Assembly: GCA_963709315.1 (NCBI GenBank)
Contig: CAVPWC010000003.1
Span: forward strand, 139,969-203,968
Length of the DNA stretch: 64,000 nucleotides
Direction: 5' to 3'
From: an uncultured Acidobacteriota bacterium
GTDB lineage: Bacteria; Acidobacteriota; Terriglobia; Acidiferrales; UBA7541
Part shown: one piece after another, positions 20,797-30,554 of the stretch
Layout of the letters: each line of letters starts with the position of its first letter
Position numbering within the stretch: position 1 is the stretch's first letter
The notes under the pieces: model-generated
What the model was told of the DNA's origin: nothing
The model's database searches: none
The model's input: only the letters and a program-made list of their open reading frames with translations
Position numbers and translations under genes: made by a program

Positions 20797-21969
20797 TCAA
20801 GATTTCGCAGCCAACGCCGGCAGCTTATAAATTTCGCGCAGCCTGGCATTCACGATTTCGCCGCCCTGGGTCAAGAGAGTGTCGCGCACGATTTCATCCT
20901 GCGGGTTTAACTGGAGCTTACCGTCTTTGACCAGGTGCAGAAGAAACGTCGCGACGTTGCGCGCGTACATTTGGCTGGCGTGATAGGGAACAGTGCTTGC
21001 CAAATTGATCGAGCCCATGATGGTCACACCATGCTCGACGATTTGTTCTCCTTCGCGCGTCATCTCGCAATTGCCGCCGCGCTCGGCAGCGAGATCGACG
21101 ATCACGGAGCCGGGGGCCATGGCCGTAACCATTTCTTTGGTCACGAGAATCGGCGATTTTTTTCCGGGAATGACCGCGGCGGTAATGACCACATCGCTTT
21201 CCGCGACTACTTTTCCGAGGAGTTCGCGCTGCTTCTTGTAGAATTCTTCGCCTTGTGCGGTCGCGTAGCCGCGCGCATCTTGGGCGTCTTTTGCCTCAAT
21301 GGGCAATTCGACGAAGCGGCCACCAAGGCTTTGCACCTGCTCTTTGACGGCGGGACGTAGATCGTAGGCGGAGACAACCGCGCCGAGCCTGCGCGCGGTG
21401 GCAATGGCTTGAAGCCCTGCGACGCCGCATCCGATGATAAATACTCGCGCTGGAGTGATGGTTCCAGCCGCTGTCGTCATCATCGGAAAGAGGCGGGGGA
21501 GCGTGTCCGCGGCAACGACCACGGCTTTGTAGCCGCTGATGGTGGCCATCGAGGAAAGCGCGTCCATGCTCTGCGCGCGCGTGGTGCGCGGCATCAGCTC
21601 GATGGAAAAAGCGGTGATACCTTTCGAGGCGATCTCTTGAATGGTTTCGAGTGAACCCAGCGGACGCAAGAATCCGACCAGCGCTTGATTGGGACGATAA
21701 AGAGGAACATCGGCTTTGCCGGTTCTGTCATTCGAACCGTAGCAGAGCACCTGAATGACGATATCGGCGGCGCCGAAAACATCCGCGCGCGTAGGAAGAA
21801 TCTTCGCGCCCTTGGCGGCGTAGTCCGCGTCCAAATAGCCGGCTTCTTTTCCCGCGCCCGCCTCGACCACCACTTCCAGGCCCGCTTTCGTGAGGCTAGG
21901 AACAACGGCGGGGACCATCGCCACACGGCGTTCGCCGGGAAAGCTCTCTCGTGGCACTCCGACAATCAT
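20797..21969 (-). CDS. pntA: NAD(P) transhydrogenase alpha subunit, part 1 (dI, NAD-binding)
   Basis: ERRVAMVP, RAQSMDALSSM, GCGVAGLQA, VIVDLAAERGGNC. Confidence 0.96.
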   Translation of the reverse strand: MIVGVPRESFPGERRVAMVPAVVPSLTKAGLEVVVEAGAGKEAGYLDADYAAKGAKILPTRADVFGAADIVIQVLCYGSNDRTGKADVPLYRPNQALVGFLRPLGSLETIQEIASKGITAFSIELMPRTTRAQSMDALSSMATISGYKAVVVAADTLPRLFPMMTTAAGTITPARVFIIGCGVAGLQAIATARRLGAVVSAYDLRPAVKEQVQSLGGRFVELPIEAKDAQDARGYATAQGEEFYKKQRELLGKVVAESDVVITAAVIPGKKSPILVTKEMVTAMAPGSVIVDLAAERGGNCEMTREGEQIVEHGVTIMGSINLASTVPYHASQMYARNVATFLLHLVKDGKLQLNPQDEIVRDTLLTQGGEIVNARLREIYKLPALAAKS

Positions 21970-22096
21970 GAAGCTTCCTCCGATACTCTAAAACCGAGCC
22001 ACAATGGCAGTCTTGTCCCGGCCACGCGGCATCTTACACCCACCCTGTTCACACAAAGAAATTCGCGTGCAGCTTTTCAGGAAGCCTCGCCGCGAT

Positions 22097-22882
22097 TTAT
22101 TCAGCTCCGGCCTCTTTGCCCGGGATGAAATAGACTTCTTCGAAGAGAGTTCCTTTTTGCCAGCCGGCGCGGCTCAAAATGCCCATGCCGTTTTCGCACA
22201 TGCTGGGATGGCCGCAGAGATAGCCGGTCGTAGCCGCCGGGTGCAAGTCCCATTCGTCGACATACATGCGAACAAGGTCATCGACGCGGCCGGTTTGGCC
22301 TTTCCAAGCGGCGTCCTCCCACGGACGGCTGATGGTGGCGACATATTTGAACCACGGAACTTCGGCGGCGATGCGCTCGAGTTCTTCGCGGTAACCGAAC
22401 TCCCAGGAGCGGCTTCCGCCTTGCAGGCAATAAAGTTTGTGCTCGCCGGGCATGGGGCTGTTACCGGCTTTCCAGTCGCGGTAAAGCGTGCGAACATAAC
22501 TTACAAAGGGAGCGATGCCGGTCACGGTGGCGAGGAGCAGATGATTGGTGCGTCCACTTTTCAGATCGAGGGTGAAGCGGCCTTTCGAGATCTTGCGGCA
22601 GAGCATGGTGTCGCCGACTTTGAGCTTGTAGAGATGCGGGGTGAGAGCGCCCTGAGGGACGAGTTCGATGAAAAACTCGAGGCTCTCTTCATAGGGCGAG
22701 GAGACGATGGAATAGGCGCGCTCGATACGCTTGTCTTCGTGATCGACGCCAAGCGTAGCGTACTGGCCGGCTTTGAAAGAAAAAGGCCCGCCGGGATCGA
22801 CGCGAATGAGCCACAAGTCTTCCGACAGGTCTTTTCGCTCGATAACGCGGGCTGTGAAGTGTTTGTCTGCCGAAAGAGGCAT
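22097..22882 (-). CDS. fpr: ferredoxin/flavodoxin-NADP(H) reductase
   Basis: RAYSIVS, GALTPHL, LATVTGIAPF, YLCGHP and C-terminal EVYF motifs. Confidence 0.88.
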   Translation of the reverse strand: MPLSADKHFTARVIERKDLSEDLWLIRVDPGGPFSFKAGQYATLGVDHEDKRIERAYSIVSSPYEESLEFFIELVPQGALTPHLYKLKVGDTMLCRKISKGRFTLDLKSGRTNHLLLATVTGIAPFVSYVRTLYRDWKAGNSPMPGEHKLYCLQGGSRSWEFGYREELERIAAEVPWFKYVATISRPWEDAAWKGQTGRVDDLVRMYVDEWDLHPAATTGYLCGHPSMCENGMGILSRAGWQKGTLFEEVYFIPGKEAGAE

Positions 22883-23351
22883 TCGGGAAATCCTCCATGT
22901 CTTGGCGCGAAAAATCCTAAAGGGCCGCCGAAAAAGCGACCGTTCAGGCGAACAGCCAGGCCGAAGAACGACAGTGTGGAGCGGCCAGCTGCGCTGCTCC
23001 GTGCCGTGAAATCCACACTGAACTCTTGGGGATGAAAAGAATCACTCGAAAGGAGCCATCCCTTGATTGGCCTTGCACTGCCTCACTCTGATCGGGGAGT
23101 TGCTCGGCGTATCCGCGCGACGTTTTGCGGGCCGAGGGACTCCATCAGGCGGCATTGTACACCCGCTTGGCCGTTTTGCGAGGGGAGGAATCAGTGAAGT
23201 GAAGCTCGCCGTAAAAGCTGAGTGTGCATGGGTATCGAAATCCGCAGCACTTGCCCATGACGGAGGTCTCTCACCGCGCGCATACCGCAGTGTATACTTC
23301 CGCTTTCGGTTTCCTTCGGGAATTAAATCCTGGAAGACAGGCGCTTTAAAA

Positions 23352-25658
23352 ATGAATTGTGGCCATCGCCGAGCCCAGAAACGACAGGTCGCAGTCGCTT
23401 ATGGATTGGGCGCTGCGTTACTGCCGCTCTTCGTTTGTGCCACCACGTTTGCGCGGACGAAGCCTGCCTCATTTCCTCGCTATTTGGCTAAAGATTTCGA
23501 TTACGCGAGCTTTATGCGCTTCGGCGCAGAAGCTCCGCCCAAAGACTCAATTTACCAGTCCAACGGTTTCATCGCATTGCAGGAAAAGGGATTCGGCGGG
23601 CAGACAGTCATTGTTCCCGCCACAGTGGATCAGGTGCCCCACAACAGTAGCGATAGGGTGTTGGCGCTGGAGATTGATCCCCCGGTGTTCTCGAATGCTT
23701 CTGGCAAAACCTTCCAGTTCGGAACTGGTCTGGCGCAGCGCCATCTGGATTACTATGCGGACCGAACCATCTATCGGGCTGCGTTTGAGGGCGGCCCAAC
23801 GGTTTCCCTGACGGTTTATCCCATCTACGGCAAGTCGGCCGCAGTCGTAAGAATAAACGTGGACAGAGCCAGCGAGCCCGTTCGCGTTAGCCTGCGCGTT
23901 CGCGGAACCGGATTGCCGTTGTTGGCTGACCAGAATGCCCAAATAGCGGCCTATGGTTCGGTGCGGTGGGATTATCGCGTGTTAGTGGGATCTGTTCCGG
24001 CGGCAGAGATACAAGATGGCACCTTGAAATGGCAACTGAAAGCTGGAAGCCAAGCCGCGGCAATCATCGCGTTGGGTGAGGACATGCAAAAGGCCGCCGC
24101 TGTTCTTCAGGAAGTGAGGGCTTCCGACGATTCATTCAGCCAAGCAACGCATAAGGCTTGGAACGAATATTTGGGGTCAACTCCGCTCGTGGCGCCAGCC
24201 CAGCCGATTCATTTTACGATTGGAACGTCAGGCGAAAAAGAGAGGATTGAGCCGGAGGATTTAGTGCGCAGCGAGCTTTGGTTCTGGAGAGGAGTGTTGA
24301 ACACGACCTGCCAGGTATCGTATATGCCGGCTTGCCCGATGACGATCGCGGACTGGAACGTGTTCATGGGCATGTGGGGCAACGACGGTATCGCGGAGAC
24401 GCTGGCGCTTGCGGCGACAGGACGGAAGGACCTGGCGCGCGGAGCGATCCTGAATTGGTTTCGTTATTCAGTGAACGCAAAGGGAGACGGCACGGCGGCG
24501 TGGACAATTTTCCCTTCCGGCAAGAACACTTTTCAGGCGAGAGGCCCTGAACGTGAAACACAAAGCGTTCCAGTGCAGGCTTCACTGGTCGGGCAATATG
24601 TGCGCATGACGGGAGATACAGCGATCCTCGACGAAAAGCCTGGTGGCGCAGCCGGCGATCGAACGCTTTGGGAGGCGCTCCTCGCGTACCAGCGGAATTT
24701 GGCGAGCGTGCGAGACCCCAATCGCGATCATCTGATCGATTGGCTGCATACTTACGAAACCGGCTGGGATGATAAGAACTCGCCGTTTGTCGACCTCGAA
24801 GGCGCTCCGACTAGCGCGATGAACGAGCAGGTATTCAATTTGTGGAGCTTGAAGGAGATGGCCTATCTCGCGAAGATTCGCGGGGAGCGGTCTGAACCAT
24901 GGGAGAAGGAATTCGGCGCAGCGAAGGAAGCGGTTCGCAGCAAGCTGTGGGATGAACGCACGAAACGCTATTGGGACCTGGATGTAAAGACGGGAGAGTT
25001 GTGGACACGAGGAGAAAATCTCGATGCCTACTATTTTCTCTACTACGAGTCTGATCCCTCGCGGATTGCCGCTATGATGAAACGTTTAAACGATCCCGCA
25101 AAGTTTAACGGAGCGCTTTTGCCTACTATGGCTTTTGATACGCCAAAGTGGGGAGGGTACTGGCGTGGTCCTGCGTGGCCAAGAATATTTTCCTACGTGT
25201 CCTTGGCACTGGATCGAGCTGGGGAGCGGGGCGAGGCTTTCGAGTGGCTGGCGCGCGCGATTCAGTCGAATCTCGGCCCGCTGCTTCCGGAGAATGTCGA
25301 TCCCAAGGCCTATCCGCCGGGAGCGCACGCTATTGGAAGCGTAAGAATCATGGGTTATGACGCTTTGGACGCCATGGCATTTCCGGACGTAGCGGGCTTG
25401 CGCACTTGGGCTGGCGAAGATCTTACGGTGATGCCGAACGTAAGCGAAGGCAAGGTTTATGTCCGCGGCCAGAAATGGATGGGGAAGAGCTTCGACGCGG
25501 TGTTTGAGGGCCAGCAACCCACGCGCATCTGGATGAATGGACAGGAGATGAAACCGTTGGCGGCGAATCAGACTTGGCGGGCGACGAGAAGCGGAGAAAG
25601 TATAGTGTTCAAGGCCGTACGAGCGGCTGCGGATCATATCCCAGCTCAAAACGAGTAA
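23352..25658 (+). CDS. secreted (alpha/alpha)6 glycoside hydrolase, GH63/MGH1/trehalase-like
   Basis: Signal-like N-terminus, YETGWDDKNSP (ESG.DNSP-like), GYWRGPAWP, PENVDP; the ORF-track start at 23067 is probably an upstream extension. Confidence 0.7.
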   Translation: MNCGHRRAQKRQVAVAYGLGAALLPLFVCATTFARTKPASFPRYLAKDFDYASFMRFGAEAPPKDSIYQSNGFIALQEKGFGGQTVIVPATVDQVPHNSSDRVLALEIDPPVFSNASGKTFQFGTGLAQRHLDYYADRTIYRAAFEGGPTVSLTVYPIYGKSAAVVRINVDRASEPVRVSLRVRGTGLPLLADQNAQIAAYGSVRWDYRVLVGSVPAAEIQDGTLKWQLKAGSQAAAIIALGEDMQKAAAVLQEVRASDDSFSQATHKAWNEYLGSTPLVAPAQPIHFTIGTSGEKERIEPEDLVRSELWFWRGVLNTTCQVSYMPACPMTIADWNVFMGMWGNDGIAETLALAATGRKDLARGAILNWFRYSVNAKGDGTAAWTIFPSGKNTFQARGPERETQSVPVQASLVGQYVRMTGDTAILDEKPGGAAGDRTLWEALLAYQRNLASVRDPNRDHLIDWLHTYETGWDDKNSPFVDLEGAPTSAMNEQVFNLWSLKEMAYLAKIRGERSEPWEKEFGAAKEAVRSKLWDERTKRYWDLDVKTGELWTRGENLDAYYFLYYESDPSRIAAMMKRLNDPAKFNGALLPTMAFDTPKWGGYWRGPAWPRIFSYVSLALDRAGERGEAFEWLARAIQSNLGPLLPENVDPKAYPPGAHAIGSVRIMGYDALDAMAFPDVAGLRTWAGEDLTVMPNVSEGKVYVRGQKWMGKSFDAVFEGQQPTRIWMNGQEMKPLAANQTWRATRSGESIVFKAVRAAADHIPAQNE

Positions 25659-25835
25659 GGCCGCGCCATTCGGCGTTGTAAATCGGTGAGGGAACCTCTC
25701 TCCCGGAGGCGCAGCGGCTTGCGCGGATTTGCGACGTATTTGAGCATTGGTAGCGATATTCCAGAAATATTTACGCAGCGAACCTGAGCGCACTGGGCCT
25801 TCCCCTTGCCTTCTGGTATCCCGGCCGAGATTTTT

Positions 25836-25866
25836 TGTAACATTTAGGGGTCTCGGACACGTCTAA
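25836..25866 (+). promoter_or_regulatory. possible ECF-type promoter for the DUF5666-receptor pair
   Basis: TGTAAC-N18-CGTCTAA; spacer is slightly long for ECF promoters. Confidence 0.3.
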
Positions 25867-25961
25867 CCTTTGACGCAATGGGAATGGCGCGTCTGCCGCA
25901 TTTCCCTCCCAAGCGAACTCAGACGACGTTTGCGTTCCGCGTTAGATTGCAGGAGTCATCG

Positions 25962-27233
25962 ATGGAATGGCGGGAAAAGGGGCGCCTGGGGCGCTTGAAA
26001 GTGACGGGTATTTCCATTTGCATAGCGGTGGGGCTTAGTGGGGCGTGGGGCACGAACGCCATGGCGGGAGAACACACACCGCGAGCAGCACAAACTGCCG
26101 CAGCGAAGGCGGTGGGAACGATCAAGACCATTTCGGGAAATACGATCGTAGTGACCACGGACACGGGGGCTGAAACCACCGTTCAGGTGCCGGATGGAGC
26201 CAAGCTAGTCCGCATCGAGCCGGGCGCGAAAGATTTGAAGAGCGCGGTTCCGCTTCAATTGTCGGAACTGCAGCCCGGCGACCGCATTTTGGTCCGAGGG
26301 ATGATGGCGGCGGATGGCAAAACGCTGGCGGCCGCGTCCGTGATTGCCATGAAGCACGAGGACATTGCCGCGAAGCAGACGCATGAGCGCGAAGAGTGGC
26401 AAAGGCATGGAGTCGGCGGGCTGGTAAGCGCTGTGGACCCGTCAACCGGCACGATAAAGATATCGACGAATGCGTCTGGCGTAGCGAAGGATGTTTCGGT
26501 TCAAGTGACGAAGCAAACGATTCTTCGCCGGTATGCGTCCAATTCCGTGAAGTTTGACGATGCAAAGCCTGCGCCAATCGACCAGATTAAAGCAGGAGAT
26601 CAGCTTCGCGCGCGGGGCACGCGGAGCGCGGATGGCTCGGAACTTACGGCGGACGAGATTGTCTCTGGATCCTTTCGGAACATAGCGGGGACAATCAGCG
26701 CCGTGGACGTCAGCGCAGGAACGCTGACGGTGATGGACCTGGTGGCGAAAAAAAACATCACCGTGAAAGTCGGCTCTGATACGCAAATTCGCAAGCTGCC
26801 TGCCATGATGGCGCAGCGCATTGCGATACGCCTCAAGGGCGCCCCGGCAGCCGAGGCCGCTGGTGGAAACGGGGCAGCGGGGGCGGCGGCAAAGCCCGCC
26901 GAAGCGGCGGCTGAAAACCACGAGGGCGGCCAAGCTGGCGCTCGACCTGGCGGCTCCGAAGGCCGACCGGCTGGACGGCTCGGCGGCGGAGGAGGCGGAA
27001 GCGACCTGCAGCAGCTGTTGAGCCGAATACCCGCGTCGACCCTTGCGGATTTGCAGAAGGGCGACGCCGTAATGATCGTAACGACCGAAGGCACGGGGGA
27101 GAATGACGCCACGGCGATCACACTCCTCGCCGGAGTAGAACCCATCCTCGAGGCTTCGCCGAAGGGCGGAGCGTCCAGCATCTTAACTCCGTGGACGATG
27201 AGTGAAGCGCCGACGGGCGATACCAATCCCTGA
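25962..27233 (+). CDS. exported protein with tandem DUF5666-like beta domains
   Basis: AGGAG SD, signal peptide, repeated G.I..IS...I.V ... L..GDRI.VRG ... A..V units, Gly/Ala-rich insert. Confidence 0.75.
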   Translation: MEWREKGRLGRLKVTGISICIAVGLSGAWGTNAMAGEHTPRAAQTAAAKAVGTIKTISGNTIVVTTDTGAETTVQVPDGAKLVRIEPGAKDLKSAVPLQLSELQPGDRILVRGMMAADGKTLAAASVIAMKHEDIAAKQTHEREEWQRHGVGGLVSAVDPSTGTIKISTNASGVAKDVSVQVTKQTILRRYASNSVKFDDAKPAPIDQIKAGDQLRARGTRSADGSELTADEIVSGSFRNIAGTISAVDVSAGTLTVMDLVAKKNITVKVGSDTQIRKLPAMMAQRIAIRLKGAPAAEAAGGNGAAGAAAKPAEAAAENHEGGQAGARPGGSEGRPAGRLGGGGGGSDLQQLLSRIPASTLADLQKGDAVMIVTTEGTGENDATAITLLAGVEPILEASPKGGASSILTPWTMSEAPTGDTNP

Positions 27234-27278
27234 AGAACGGCGGCCAGTGAAAATAATGGAATCAAGTCAGGAGAAGGA

Positions 27279-30272
27279 ATGAGACTGCGGGTTATCTATC
27301 GGAGCATTGTATTCCTCGGCGTGCTCTTTTTAGCAGGGATTGCGGGAAATGCGGTGCGAGCGCAGGACACGACGGGAACGTTGCGCGGGCAGGTGACGGA
27401 TCCTTCCGGCGCGGCAGTCGCCGAGGCCACCGTACTTGTAACGACACCAAGCGGAGCAGCGACAACGGCGACGACGAACCGCGATGGCTTGTTTGAAGTG
27501 AAGGGATTGGTTGCGGGAAAGTATGGCGTGAAAGTGATTGCCACGGGATTTGCACCGTTTGAGCAAGCCGAGGTGGATATTGCCGCCGGACAAACGCAAA
27601 AATTGAATGCCCAATTGAGTATCCAGGTGCAGGAGCAGAAAGTCGAAGTCACGGATACGACGACGAAGATCGACGTGAATCCCGCCAGCAATGCGGGCGC
27701 GGTTGTGATTCAGGGCAAGGATCTCGAAGCGCTTTCGGATGATCCGGACGAACTGGAGTCTGAGCTTCAGGCGCTGGCCGGACCATCGGCTGGGCCGAAC
27801 GGCGGGCAAATTTATATTGATGGTTTTACGGCCGGGGAACTTCCGCCGAAAGCGTCGATTCGAGAGATTCGCATCAATCAGAACCCTTTCTCAGCGGAAT
27901 ACGACAAGCTGGGTTATGGGCGAATCGAGGTTTTTACCAAGCCGGGGACGGACCAGTTTCACGGCCAATTCTTCCTAACGGGAAACACCGCGGGCTTCAA
28001 CTCGCGCAATCCCTTTGAGGACTTGCCCGCAGGTACACAACAGCCCGGCTATCACACGACGCAATTCAGCGCGAATGTCGGCGGGCCGCTGAGCAAGAAG
28101 GCCTCATTTTTTTTCAACATCGAGAGGCGCGACATCACCGACCTCAACGTGATCAGCGCGCAAATCGTCAATCCGACGACCTTTCAAATCGAGCCGTTCA
28201 GCAGCGCCGTGCCGAATCCCCGGACACGGCTGAACATCAGCCCACGAATCGACTACCAGGTGACGCCCGGCAATACGCTGACCGTGCGCTATCAATACTG
28301 GCGGAACAACGAAATCAACGACGACGTGGGCTCGTTCAATCTGGCCACCCAAGCCACGAATTCGCTGGAGACGGAAAACACTCTGCAAGCCACCGACACA
28401 CAGACCGTCAGCCCGACCATAATCAACGAGACGCGCTTTCAATACATCCGTGATTCGACGAACGGAACGCCCTTCAACACCTTGCCCGCGATCAATGTGG
28501 AGGCAGGCTTCTTGGGCGGAGGCTCTACCAGCGGTATAAACACGGATACGCAGAATCGCTACGAACTGCAAAACATTACGTACCTGAACAAAGGCAAGCA
28601 CGCCTGGAAAATCGGCGCACGCGTGCGCGAGACGACGGATGACACCGCCTCCAACGCGAGCTTCAACGGATCGTACTTTTTTGGTTCGCGGGCTCTGCCT
28701 GGGTGCGTGCCCACCACGACGGACAATTGCGTCATCACGCCGCTCCAAGCGTATCAAATCACGTTAATGGGCCTCGCGAACAGTGAAAGCATCAGCGCGA
28801 TTCAGGCCGCGGGCGGCGGAGCGAGCTTCTATTCCTTGAACTTCAACCCGAGCGGGACGGCGCCCGCCAGCGTCAGCTGGTTTGACGCGGCTTTATTCGC
28901 GCAGGACGACTACAAGTGGCGTCCCAATGTGACCGTCAGCTACGGGCTGCGCTATGAAACGCAGAACAATCTCGGCGACCACGCCGATTTTGCGCCGCGC
29001 TTGGGCGTGGCATGGGGGCTCGACGGCAACGGCAAAAATAAATCGCCCAAAACCATCCTTCGTCTGGGCTACGGCATTTTCTACGACCGCTTTGCGGAAA
29101 ATCTTGTATTGCAGCAACAACTGGCGAACGGTTTCATCCAGCAGCAGTTTCTAATACCGAACCCGGCCTTTTTCGATCCTAACCAGACCACTTTGCCGTC
29201 TGGTTTTCCCACCACGGCTTCATCACCACAAACGGTGTACGTGAAAAATCCGAATCTTCGCGCGCCTTACACGATGCAGACGGGCGTAACGCTCGAGCGC
29301 CAGCTCACGAACTTTGCGAACATTTCCGTGACCTATCTGAATTCGCGCGGCGATCACCAGCTCTATAGCAACGTTTTTGCCCCAAACACGCCCAATGCGC
29401 CGCTCCCGGCCGGCTTTAATCCCAACGACATCGCCTACCAATACGCCTCTGAGGGCGTATTCAAACAGAACCAACTGATCGTTCACAGCATGGTGCGCAT
29501 TCCAACGGCGCACGGCTTCGTCAAGAGCCTTTCGCTCTTTGGCTTCTACGTTTTGAACTATGCAAATAGCGACACTGCTGGTGCGGGATACGTCCCTTCC
29601 ATCCCTGGAGATATCAGCGCGGATTATGGACGCGCGTCCTTCGACATCCGGCAGCGCGTTTTCTTCGGCGGAACGATGGACATCCCTTACGGATTCAACC
29701 TGAGCCCCTTTCTCATCGCGAGCTCGGGCATTCCGTTCAATATCACGACCGGTCAGGACGCCTTCGGCGACGCGCAGTTCAATACGCGGCCGTCCTTTGC
29801 CACATGCGGCTCCGGGGCGCCGGCTGGCGTAATGCAAACAGCTTACGGCTGTTTTAATCTTCTCCCGCAAGCGAATGAGTCGCCTATTCCAATCAACTTT
29901 GCGACGGCACCGGGGCGATTCACGCTGAATCTTCGCGTAAGCAAAACATTCGGCTTTGGGCTGAAAAAGGAAGCCAATGCCAGTGGCGCGGGCGGGCCAG
30001 GAGGCGGAGGCGGGTTCGGGCACGGACCAGGCGGTGGCCACCACGACGGAGGGCCCGGCGGAATGTTTGGCGGCGGCGGTTCCTCCAAATATCGGTACAA
30101 CCTCACGTTCAGCGTGAGCGCGCGGAATCTGCTCAACAGCGTCAATTATGGGCCGTTCATCGGGAACCTGAGCTCTCCGCTCTTTGGCGAAGCAAACTCA
30201 TCGGCCGGACAGCCCTATGCTTCCTCGACGGCGAATCGCCGGATCGATTTGCAGGTACGGTTCACGTTCTAG
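27279..30272 (+). CDS. TonB-dependent receptor-like outer-membrane protein with carboxypeptidase-regulatory-like N-domain
   Basis: GQVTDPSGAAVAEATV, LSDDPDEL...QALAGP..GP.GGQIYIDGF, REIRINQNPFSAEYDKLGYGRIEVFTKPG, C-terminal RRIDLQVRFTF. Confidence 0.9.
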   Translation: MRLRVIYRSIVFLGVLFLAGIAGNAVRAQDTTGTLRGQVTDPSGAAVAEATVLVTTPSGAATTATTNRDGLFEVKGLVAGKYGVKVIATGFAPFEQAEVDIAAGQTQKLNAQLSIQVQEQKVEVTDTTTKIDVNPASNAGAVVIQGKDLEALSDDPDELESELQALAGPSAGPNGGQIYIDGFTAGELPPKASIREIRINQNPFSAEYDKLGYGRIEVFTKPGTDQFHGQFFLTGNTAGFNSRNPFEDLPAGTQQPGYHTTQFSANVGGPLSKKASFFFNIERRDITDLNVISAQIVNPTTFQIEPFSSAVPNPRTRLNISPRIDYQVTPGNTLTVRYQYWRNNEINDDVGSFNLATQATNSLETENTLQATDTQTVSPTIINETRFQYIRDSTNGTPFNTLPAINVEAGFLGGGSTSGINTDTQNRYELQNITYLNKGKHAWKIGARVRETTDDTASNASFNGSYFFGSRALPGCVPTTTDNCVITPLQAYQITLMGLANSESISAIQAAGGGASFYSLNFNPSGTAPASVSWFDAALFAQDDYKWRPNVTVSYGLRYETQNNLGDHADFAPRLGVAWGLDGNGKNKSPKTILRLGYGIFYDRFAENLVLQQQLANGFIQQQFLIPNPAFFDPNQTTLPSGFPTTASSPQTVYVKNPNLRAPYTMQTGVTLERQLTNFANISVTYLNSRGDHQLYSNVFAPNTPNAPLPAGFNPNDIAYQYASEGVFKQNQLIVHSMVRIPTAHGFVKSLSLFGFYVLNYANSDTAGAGYVPSIPGDISADYGRASFDIRQRVFFGGTMDIPYGFNLSPFLIASSGIPFNITTGQDAFGDAQFNTRPSFATCGSGAPAGVMQTAYGCFNLLPQANESPIPINFATAPGRFTLNLRVSKTFGFGLKKEANASGAGGPGGGGGFGHGPGGGHHDGGPGGMFGGGGSSKYRYNLTFSVSARNLLNSVNYGPFIGNLSSPLFGEANSSAGQPYASSTANRRIDLQVRFTF

Positions 30273-30326
30273 GCCGCGTTGGTTTACACTCGACGTGCGG
30301 GCGATTCGAATCTCGCCTGAACGATC

Positions 30327-30488
30327 ATGGCCAAGCGACGCAAAAGAAAAATTCTGGATGCAGGCGTGGAAGCGCGCCGCGCGGCGCGTAATTCAGGAAT
30401 CGCGCCTTCGGCCACGCGCGTGATCGCCGATAAGCGCCAGCGCGCGGCCAAGCACAAGAAAAAGTGGCTTGAGAAGGAAGCGGAGTGA
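30327..30488 (+). CDS. small basic hypothetical protein (53 aa), below the ORF-track cut-off
   Basis: MAKRRKRKILDAGVEARRAARNSGIAPSATRVIADKRQRAAKHKKKWLEKEAE*, followed by a hairpin plus T tract. Confidence 0.6.
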   Translation: MAKRRKRKILDAGVEARRAARNSGIAPSATRVIADKRQRAAKHKKKWLEKEAE

Positions 30489-30521
30489 ATCCCGGCGGCT
30501 AGCAATTCTTGTTTTTCTTGG

Positions 30522-30548
30522 ATTAGGTCCGGACCGGACCTAATTTTT
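30522..30548 (+). terminator. intrinsic terminator-like hairpin (plus strand)
   Basis: ATTAGGTCCG-GAC-CGGACCTAAT followed by TTTT. Confidence 0.55.
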
Positions 30549-30554
30549 CGAACC
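30522..30554 (-). promoter_or_regulatory. candidate bacterial SECIS element
   Basis: Minus strand UGA-GGUUCGAAAA-AUUAGGUCC-GGUCC-GGACCUAAU: stem starts 10 nt after the UGA and the apical loop begins GGUC. Confidence 0.6.

Noticed and set aside
22004-23035. 343-aa plus-strand ORF
   Set aside because: Antisense shadow of fpr; no motif
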